Below, piece after piece: positions 56,980 through 64,000 of a DNA stretch of 64,000 nt. The position numbers and the translations under genes are program-made. Source of the stretch: a bacterium (lineage in GTDB: Bacteria > CLD3 > SB21); the NCBI GenBank assembly GCA_013360215.1, contig JABWCP010000005.1:124001-188000 (forward strand). The letters run 5' to 3'. Within the stretch, counting starts at the first letter, position 1; each line of letters starts with the position of its first letter. The notes under the pieces are model-generated. The model had not been told where the DNA came from. It saw nothing but the letters and a program-made list of their open reading frames with translations, and ran no database searches.

Positions 56980-59900
56980 TTTACTAAAACCATTCTGCGT
57001 GTTTGTGTGAATGCGCCCGAACTTAAACGATACAGATATACGCCCGAAGCTACCGCGAGGCCTTTTTCGTTTTTACCGTCCCAAATTGTTTCAAAATTTC
57101 CAGCCGGTTTATATCCGCTGAAAAGTGTTCGCACTTCCTGCCCGAGCATATTATAAATTTTTAACGTCGTATGTCCCGGTTGTGAAATCGCAAAACGAAT
57201 GGTCGTGGACGGATTAAACGGATTTGGATAATTTTGATCAAGGGCAAATGTTTTCGGTTGCACGATATATTCGGGATCATAAAACACCGCGATACGTACA
57301 TTTTTATGAATGCGTGTTTCAACCGCGCCAAAGCGACCTTCTCCGGAAAGGCGTTGCCATTGATGATTTTCATAAGCATAGACACCGATACGCCCTTCAT
57401 CAAAATTTTCATCCGCCGCACGCAACGCGCTTAGATGATCCTGATATCGGACATGCACGGTAACTTCGGCTGAGGAAGCCGTATTCAGCACATTCACCGC
57501 ATCCGAAAGCGGGCGCAACAACATCGGGACATTCCCGGTTTCAGCTTGATCTAAAACAAGATATCCGCGTTGATTACCTTCAAAAACAAAATTACTGTAG
57601 GTTGTTTTTTTGTCCAAAGAAACTACCGTGTAACTTCGTCGAATCGTATCCTTATTTCCGGCAAGATCAAATACTTCACCCACGACCGGTATTACACCGA
57701 CAGATTCGATGCTGTAGTCGCCGAAATACACTCCGTTGTTTGACTCGATATCAATCACCTGTCCGTTGGCGGTAAGCGCGGCCGAAGCGATGGTTTCGTT
57801 ACTTCCCAATGCAAACCGAATACGCTGAAGTAACGGCGAAGATAATGCCGCCAGATATGCCACCGGCGCCGTATTGTCCTGCACTACGACACGGAATGTA
57901 TCCGATACCGTAAATTCACCGTCGGAAGCAATGATGCGTACGGAAACGTTACCAAAAAAATCCGCTGTACTGCGCAAATACAAGGAATCATTAGAAATCA
58001 ACGGGTCTACCCCATCGGCAAATTTGACGAACGAAAAAGTCAGCGCGGTATGGTCCGCATCATAAAATACGGTTGAAAGTTTTTTGATCAGAACCTTACC
58101 GAAATTTTGCGGCAGCGTCGTATCCGATATTGTCGCCAAACGCACGGGTCTGTCGTTAACCGGTACAATTTGCAAGACCAGCGTATCCTTGGCTGACAAA
58201 TCAGACAGATCCGTAGCTGAGAGATACAATTCCATCGAACCGGTCGAATCCTTTAGCGGCGTAACATACAACGTATCGCCGGAAATCGCTGCGACCGATT
58301 TGCTATTGGAAAGTAATACACCATACGTGACGGGTTCCAAATCCGGTTCCGAAAAAATCATCGGCAGATACAAAATCGCCGTACGGGCCGCATCCTCTTG
58401 TACACTCGTATCACGGGCTGCAAATATTCTACTCGGCGCATCATTGGCTGCTGTTACGGTAAAAAAAACAGTGTCGCGGATTTCCGTGTTGCCATCGGAT
58501 ACACGGATTTCAAGTGAAGCGCTTCCAAAAAAATCTCTATCCCCTTCCACGTACAACGAATCGTTAAGGATATAACCCTCGACGCCGGCATTTACTACAA
58601 AAGAAGAAAAATCAATCACACCATCATCCGGATCACTATAATAATCTGGCAAATAAACCATCGCACGATACGAAAAATCCTCCGCAAAACTGGTGTCCCG
58701 CAACAGCGACGTACGCGCCGGCGGATCGTTGATCGGAATGATTTGAAGTTGGAATGTGTCGCGATTGCTCAAAGGCGTGGGATCGGAAGCTTCGATGATG
58801 ACCTGGCTCTGACCGTTGAGGTTATTTTGTGACAAGGCATACAAACTGTCACCTGAAATACTCAACGCAACAAACGGAGACGGCGTATGCACTGAAAATG
58901 TCATTGTTTCACCATCCGCTTCATGAAACACCAATGGCAGATAGGCTAACAATTGTTTTCCAAAATCCTCTTGTAAATTTTTCGGCCCGATCGGAGTAGC
59001 TACTTTCGGCGCATCATTTTGTTGCGTTACCGTGACAAGGAGCGTATCGTATGCAAAGTTACCGGAATTATCCTGCGCTTCAACGATCACTTCAAACAGA
59101 CCGGATGAATCTTCAGATGAAAAGAACTCCAATGTGTTACCGGTGACCCACGCATCCGCTCCCGATACCAATGTACCGGCAGAAAAAGTAAGCGAACTAT
59201 TTTCCGGATCGGAAAAAATATCATGGAGGTTCGTTATGATCGTACGAGTGCCGCTATCTTCTGCAAATGTAGTATCCCGTATCATTTGTATCCGTTCGGG
59301 CGAACGGCTCAGCGTCGTCTGTTCACCGACAGCCGCGTCTGTCAAATAATCCGCATCACTCCCCGTGCCGTTATACGTGAAAACAGAAAAATAATATTTT
59401 ACTCCACGCGATAATCCGCTGATACTCACGGACGTTCCGCTGCCTGCAAAAACAGCGTAGGTATTACCGCCAAGATCCGTGCCGCTGCCAAACGTCGAAT
59501 TCGCTGTAATACTTTGACCGTCATTGGGTGCAAGCTCGATGAGCGCATCGGCGCGGACAAGTACCAAATGATAGTCGCCGTCACCACCCTGCCAAGCGAT
59601 GGTCATCGCCGAAGAATCAATCCCGCTAAATACGACATCCGATGGCGGCAATGTCGGTTCACTGAATGCGCACAAACCCGTTACGGCCAGTGTCTGTGTA
59701 ACACCGCTTTCATGTACGATCACACTGTCATACGATCCGGTAACCGAGGGCGCAAAACGCACATAAATTGTCGTAAGCTCAATTACCCCGCCGGTTTCAG
59801 GAAGTGTAATATTGGAACCAAACACGCCTCCGCTGGTTGTAGAGATTTCAAATCCATGCGGCGCATGTATTAATAAAGAACCGCTCAAACCCGTAGCCGA

Positions 59901-60053
59901 CACGGCATACGAAAACTCATCAGAAATCGCACCGGGCGCTGTAACCGGAAACGGTTGCAGGTCCCCTGAAAGTGAAATTTCCTGAGCCGACAGATACGAA
60001 CGAAGACCGCCCGCAAAAAACATTACAAATAAATACACTCGAATGTAGCGCAT
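56976..60053 (-). CDS. Large secreted/surface protein with FN3-like and tandem cadherin/Ig-like repeats and a T9SS/FlgD-type C-terminal domain
   Basis: Signal peptide, five units of about 96 aa (ED...D.D...D.F...V...NDAP), C-terminal FALDQNYPNPFNPSTTI...IYNMLGQEV...WDG...SGVYLY. Confidence 0.85.
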   Translation of the reverse strand: MRYIRVYLFVMFFAGGLRSYLSAQEISLSGDLQPFPVTAPGAISDEFSYAVSATGLSGSLLIHAPHGFEISTTSGGVFGSNITLPETGGVIELTTIYVRFAPSVTGSYDSVIVHESGVTQTLAVTGLCAFSEPTLPPSDVVFSGIDSSAMTIAWQGGDGDYHLVLVRADALIELAPNDGQSITANSTFGSGTDLGGNTYAVFAGSGTSVSISGLSRGVKYYFSVFTYNGTGSDADYLTDAAVGEQTTLSRSPERIQMIRDTTFAEDSGTRTIITNLHDIFSDPENSSLTFSAGTLVSGADAWVTGNTLEFFSSEDSSGLFEVIVEAQDNSGNFAYDTLLVTVTQQNDAPKVATPIGPKNLQEDFGKQLLAYLPLVFHEADGETMTFSVHTPSPFVALSISGDSLYALSQNNLNGQSQVIIEASDPTPLSNRDTFQLQIIPINDPPARTSLLRDTSFAEDFSYRAMVYLPDYYSDPDDGVIDFSSFVVNAGVEGYILNDSLYVEGDRDFFGSASLEIRVSDGNTEIRDTVFFTVTAANDAPSRIFAARDTSVQEDAARTAILYLPMIFSEPDLEPVTYGVLLSNSKSVAAISGDTLYVTPLKDSTGSMELYLSATDLSDLSAKDTLVLQIVPVNDRPVRLATISDTTLPQNFGKVLIKKLSTVFYDADHTALTFSFVKFADGVDPLISNDSLYLRSTADFFGNVSVRIIASDGEFTVSDTFRVVVQDNTAPVAYLAALSSPLLQRIRFALGSNETIASAALTANGQVIDIESNNGVYFGDYSIESVGVIPVVGEVFDLAGNKDTIRRSYTVVSLDKKTTYSNFVFEGNQRGYLVLDQAETGNVPMLLRPLSDAVNVLNTASSAEVTVHVRYQDHLSALRAADENFDEGRIGVYAYENHQWQRLSGEGRFGAVETRIHKNVRIAVFYDPEYIVQPKTFALDQNYPNPFNPSTTIRFAISQPGHTTLKIYNMLGQEVRTLFSGYKPAGNFETIWDGKNEKGLAVASGVYLYRLSSGAFTQTRRMVLVK

Positions 60054-60120
60054 GCGAATTAGTTATCCGATTTACGACTGTGACAATTATACAAAAAAAC
60101 AACCTATTCGGGCTAAAAAA

Positions 60121-61074
60121 TTATTTTATCAATTGAAGAACGGCATTAAAATCATCCGGCAGCTCCGAATCAAAGCGCATTATTTTTTTAGTTGTCGGAT
60201 GAATAAAACCCAGCGTTTTGGCATGCAGCGCCTGACGTGGTATCAGTTCTAATATATTTTCAGCGTGCTGTTTTTTCTTTTTTTCTCCGCCCGCCAAATT
60301 CGGATTATCTCCGCCATACGTTTTGTCGCCAAGTATCGGATGACCGATATAGTTCATATGCACGCGGATCTGATGCGTTCGCCCGGTTTCCAGCTGGCAT
60401 CGAATCAATGAAACGCTTTCGTACGCCGTTATCAATTCGTAATGCGTGATAGCGTTTTTACCTTCTTTAGTCACGGCAAATTTTTTTCGATCCTTCGTAC
60501 TCCGACCGATCAGAGTTTCAATCGTATCTTTTTTCTTTTTGGGTTTACCCCATACCAGCGCCCAATATTCGCGCTCGATATTATGATCTTTAAAAAGTTT
60601 ACTCAGATGACGGTGCGCCCGATCATGTTTGGCAACTAATAAAAGACCGCTGGTGTCTTTATCAATACGATGCACTATACCCGGACGCAACTCACCGTTG
60701 ATACCCGACAAATCCTGCACATGATGCAGTAAGGCATTGACCAGCGTACCGGTATAATTAGCATACGCCGGATGAACAACCATGCCGGCCGATTTATTAA
60801 CCACCAAGATATCATCATCTTCATATACCACACGAATAGGAATATCTTCGGCTTGCGCTTCGACTTTTTCCGGCAAAGGTAATATTACTTCGATCCGATC
60901 GCCCGGGCGTATCATATACGATTTGGCAACAAACTTACCGTTGACACTGACCATGTTTTCCGACACCAGCTGTTGCGCGCGCGAACGTGAAAGATTTTCG
61001 ATCGCGTGGGTCACAAAGTGATCAAGACGTTTGGGGCGTTCGTTGGCCGGTATATTGAACTGATACTTTCGCAT
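60121..61074 (-). CDS. rluD: RluA-family pseudouridine synthase with S4 domain (RluD-like)
   Basis: RLDHF S4 domain, VVNKSAGMVVHP, HRIDKDTSG, TGRTHQIRVH, QALHA. Start ATG 61074. Confidence 0.9.
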   Translation of the reverse strand: MRKYQFNIPANERPKRLDHFVTHAIENLSRSRAQQLVSENMVSVNGKFVAKSYMIRPGDRIEVILPLPEKVEAQAEDIPIRVVYEDDDILVVNKSAGMVVHPAYANYTGTLVNALLHHVQDLSGINGELRPGIVHRIDKDTSGLLLVAKHDRAHRHLSKLFKDHNIEREYWALVWGKPKKKKDTIETLIGRSTKDRKKFAVTKEGKNAITHYELITAYESVSLIRCQLETGRTHQIRVHMNYIGHPILGDKTYGGDNPNLAGGEKKKKQHAENILELIPRQALHAKTLGFIHPTTKKIMRFDSELPDDFNAVLQLIK

Positions 61075-61151
61075 GCTTTCAGGAATTCGCCGTTGAATGA
61101 ATGCCGTTAATTGTGTAACATAGTCAAAACAATTCTGAATTTCAATTTGCT

Positions 61152-61901
61152 GTGGCACATTACCCGGTTTATTTTTCCGACTCTACCCTTGCGTTACACC
61201 GCTCGGATTATCACTCCCTTTTTGGCAATGATGCACCTGTCGTACAGGAAACCGCACGTATCCAGATCGGTGATACGGCCCTCACCGTCGCCGTGACATT
61301 ATCCGACAGCAATGCGCTGTGTCTTACGCCACAAGATAGTTTTCGATTAAAACTTAATCCCTCTATATTGACATCAACCCCGACACCGGATTTTCTAAAA
61401 ATCATTGTTATGGTACATGCCCGTGGAAAAGAGACCCGCTTTAATGGTACCTTGCAATTGATCGAACGCGAACTTCTTTTGCAAAAACACGAAATGACAC
61501 AGCTTAAGCTAATTCCCGGCCAAGTGGTTTTTCTTGCTGCGCGCAAAGGACGTGATACGATTTTTGGCGGTGTGCGCGTCATCGAAGTCAGCGGCGCCAA
61601 TCGGGCCAGGATACCACGTGATGAAGCACAAGGCGCTCTTTTACAGGAGAACGATCTGCTTTACCTCACCGGGTTGGGTACGCCGAATTCTATTCCCGTT
61701 TCGGAAACACCGGCTTTACCCGAACGTTTTCTAGCGCTGGATCTGAAACCAGGAAAAAGCGGTACATCATGGATTACCGAAAAAGACGTGTGGCAAGCCA
61801 TTCTCAAACACAAAAAAATCTGGGTCCCCAAAAATGCCCGCCTTACTCCGGCCGCGGCAGATCTCGGCAAATCACATCGCATTTTTGAATTTGAAGCATG
61901 A
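61152..61901 (+). CDS. Divergent PduL/EutD-like protein
   Basis: D...LFG, L...D...L, G....R.TIF.GVRV, DEA..A.L pattern of PduL, plus a C-terminal ITEKDV...LTPAA.D module. Metal-binding His motifs are absent. Confidence 0.5.
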   Translation: MAHYPVYFSDSTLALHRSDYHSLFGNDAPVVQETARIQIGDTALTVAVTLSDSNALCLTPQDSFRLKLNPSILTSTPTPDFLKIIVMVHARGKETRFNGTLQLIERELLLQKHEMTQLKLIPGQVVFLAARKGRDTIFGGVRVIEVSGANRARIPRDEAQGALLQENDLLYLTGLGTPNSIPVSETPALPERFLALDLKPGKSGTSWITEKDVWQAILKHKKIWVPKNARLTPAAADLGKSHRIFEFEA

Positions 61902-62482
61902 CGCTTGATTGGTATGAAATTTTCGGATTTGTAACGGGTGTCCTGTGCGTCGCCCTCCTGATCCGTCAGAATATCTGGAACTGGCCGGTCGCTATCGGCA
62001 ATGCCGTGTTCTATATTATCGTATTTTATAATGCACGTTTGTATGCCGATGTGGTGTTGCAGTTTTTTTTCATCGGCATCAATGCGTATGGTTGGATAGT
62101 CTGGCTGCGACGCGGACCTCAAGGTGAGACGCTGCACGTCAACTCAATGGATAAGGTCGCATGGCTTTGGTCTCTGTTGGCGATAGCGGCAGGCACGACT
62201 TCCCTCGGAGCATGGCTCCATTATAATACCGACGCCGCACTGCCGTATGCCGATGCCTTCGGAACGGCCACCAGTTTGACGGCTCAATTTTTGATGGCCC
62301 GAAAAAAATGGGAAAATTGGATTTTGTGGATCGCCATCAATATCTGGTATATCGGTTTATATTTTGTTCGGGACCTCTATCTTACCCAAGTCCTTTATGT
62401 GATTTATCTCGGCCTTGCCATCGCGGGCTTGATCGAATGGCGACGCGCTTTTCGCAACTCCAAGCAATCCCTTACCAACTAA
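61898..62482 (+). CDS. pnuC: PnuC family nicotinamide riboside / vitamin transporter
   Basis: NIWNWP, LYAD..LQ, YGW..W, DAF.T..S..AQ.LMARK..ENW..W. Confidence 0.9.
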   Translation: MTLDWYEIFGFVTGVLCVALLIRQNIWNWPVAIGNAVFYIIVFYNARLYADVVLQFFFIGINAYGWIVWLRRGPQGETLHVNSMDKVAWLWSLLAIAAGTTSLGAWLHYNTDAALPYADAFGTATSLTAQFLMARKKWENWILWIAINIWYIGLYFVRDLYLTQVLYVIYLGLAIAGLIEWRRAFRNSKQSLTN

Positions 62483-62503
62483 CTGTAACACAGGTACCAT
62501 CTG

Positions 62504-63076
62504 ATGCGCGAACAACAGTATGACTCGGAATCCTTTGTACAAATTGATTTCACCAAACAACGTATCGCACTGAATACCTACGATACCTGCACATTTGAAC
62601 GATGCGATTTTTCGAAATCGGATTTGGCGGAAGTTTGTTTTTTAGATTGCCGGTTCATCGGTTGTAATTTTACTTTGTGCAGCGTGGGCAACACCGTCTT
62701 CGGTAATGCTGTTTTTCAAGAATGTAAAATGACGGGAATTAATTTCGAAAAAGCCAATACGGCGTTATTCTCCGCTTCATTTATCCAATGCGACCTCAGT
62801 TCATCCCTATTCACCAAAATAAAACTCCGTAAAACACAGTTTGATAACTGCATATTAAAATCGGTTGATTTTACGGGATGCGATCTGACCGATGCAAAAT
62901 TGTCGGCCAGCGATCTAGCGGGAGCGCATTTTGAAAATACCATACTTGAAAAAGCGGATTTACGTACCGCGTTCAATTATTCGATTGATCCGGATATCAA
63001 CCGCATACGAAAAGCGCGTTTTTCACAAAGCGGTTTACACGGTTTGCTTGAAAAACACGGAATAGAAGTCAGTTGA
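62504..63076 (+). CDS. Pentapeptide repeat protein
   Basis: Tandem [A/C/S/T/V][D/N/x][F/L]xx repeats; ADLRTA.NYSIDP..N tail. Confidence 0.92.
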   Translation: MREQQYDSESFVQIDFTKQRIALNTYDTCTFERCDFSKSDLAEVCFLDCRFIGCNFTLCSVGNTVFGNAVFQECKMTGINFEKANTALFSASFIQCDLSSSLFTKIKLRKTQFDNCILKSVDFTGCDLTDAKLSASDLAGAHFENTILEKADLRTAFNYSIDPDINRIRKARFSQSGLHGLLEKHGIEVS

Positions 63077-63099
63077 ATTATTTAACCCGACCGAAAGTT

Positions 63100-63681
63100 A
63101 TGACAACAACCTCGAAAACAAAAAAACAACGATGCTGGTGGTGCGGCGACGACCCTTTGTATTGCGAATATCATGATAAGGAATGGGGCGTACCAGTACA
63201 CGATGATCAGAAAATATTTGAGTTTTTAATTCTCGAAGGATTTCAGGCCGGGCTGAGTTGGATAACGATACTGCGCAAACGCGATAATTTTCGCAAAGCG
63301 TTCAAACAATTTGATCCTAAAAAAGTGGCACGCTTCTCAAAAGCGGACGTCAGCCGTCTGATGCAAGACACCGGTATCGTGCGTAACCGACTCAAAATCG
63401 AAGGTGCGATCAACAACGCCAAATGTTTTCTCGAAGTACAAAAAGAATTCGGCACATTTGACCGTTATATTTGGTCTTTTACCGGGTATAAAACGCTACG
63501 CAATCCAAAACGCTCCCGCGAAAATATCATGGCCACTTCGCCGGAATCAGATGCCTTGTCCACTGATCTGAAATTGCGCGGTTTTAAATTTGTCGGTTCG
63601 ACCGTCATTTATGCGCACATGCAAGCTTCCGGAATGGTAGATGATCATGTCAAAGGATGTTGGAAGCACAAAAAGCGCTAA
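63100..63681 (+). CDS. tag: DNA-3-methyladenine glycosylase I
   Basis: RC.W, YHDKEWG.P, LEGFQAGLSW.TIL.KR, GFKFVG, MQASG...DH...C. Start ATG 63100. Confidence 0.96.
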   Translation: MTTTSKTKKQRCWWCGDDPLYCEYHDKEWGVPVHDDQKIFEFLILEGFQAGLSWITILRKRDNFRKAFKQFDPKKVARFSKADVSRLMQDTGIVRNRLKIEGAINNAKCFLEVQKEFGTFDRYIWSFTGYKTLRNPKRSRENIMATSPESDALSTDLKLRGFKFVGSTVIYAHMQASGMVDDHVKGCWKHKKR

Positions 63682-63738
63682 AACTTTTTAATCGTTGCAC
63701 TAACTCCACCTCGACCGGTTAACCCGAAGGTGGGTTAT

Positions 63739-63999
63739 CTATTTCTTATTAACCCAAAAAAATCGCTCGGACGAAGCCGTCTGACCGGACAACAGATCTT
63801 TGACGGTAATCGTCAAAACGCATTCGCCTTCCGGCAATTCGCTGATATCAAATCCCACGTATTCCCGTTCTGTCGGCAAGGTTCCGGTTTTTTGTGTCAC
63901 CGACGTGATCGTCGCTTTACTCCTACCAAAAAGTTTACCTACAGCCCGCGTTAAAATATTTCCGCGTTGAACCGGTGCCAACGTATAACTGATTTCGTA
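63739..63999 (-). CDS. C-terminal part of a protein entering from the window end (Ig-like terminal domain)
   Basis: Open frame to the edge: YEISYTL...FDISELPEGECVLTITVKDLLSGQTASSERFF. Resembles C-termini of GWxTD-domain proteins (tentative). Confidence 0.6.
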   Translation of the reverse strand, partial: YEISYTLAPVQRGNILTRAVGKLFGRSKATITSVTQKTGTLPTEREYVGFDISELPEGECVLTITVKDLLSGQTASSERFFWVNKK

Positions 64000-64000
64000 G

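Noticed and set aside
62504-63076. qnr quinolone-resistance gene
   Set aside because: Pentapeptide repeats alone are not diagnostic; it looks like the widespread chromosomal type and has no mobile context.
296-63954. Numerous short ORFs in the track that overlap called genes (e.g. 7871-8677, 21300-22013, 16741-17397)
   Set aside because: They are antisense or off-frame shadows of well-supported genes and carry no recognisable motifs.

Overview
64-kb bacterial chromosome segment, densely coding, mostly housekeeping and transport genes. The lineage is probably FCB-superphylum-associated but outside Bacteroidota sensu stricto. This is an inference from a T9SS/FlgD-type C-terminal sorting domain and a bL38-like gene, together with canonical sigma70 TTGACA/TATAAT-type promoters. 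Core blocks are rsfS, tRNA-Leu-tig-clpP-clpX-GGDEF, tRNA-Lys, trpG/pabA, SAM-I riboswitch-metK, serB, rho, tRNA-Ala, rpmG, cdsA, rluD-like and tag. An accessory-looking tract (about 22-41 kb) holds a YcaQ-like glycosylase, a GldAFG-like ABC system, two M1 peptidase homologues, a solo Y1 transposase bracketed by REP-like hairpins, a GlxA/DJ-1 pair and a YeeE/rhodanese sulfur operon. No CRISPR array, prophage or integrase was seen. The strongest unannotated signals are: (1) a probably leaderless FYYYFY leader peptide with terminator/antiterminator upstream of phenylalanine hydroxylase (phhA); (2) a tandem array of truncated tRNA-Ala mimics with hairpin-replaced D and anticodon loops, lying between a stable-RNA-type promoter and the real tRNA-Ala; (3) several apparently catalytically dead enzyme homologues (M1 peptidase, SpoIIE-HATPase sensor, PduL); (4) a Zn-ribbon bL38-like gene after rpmG; (5) RsfS with a histone-H1-like N-terminal tail. 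All product calls come from motif recognition by eye; no searches were run.
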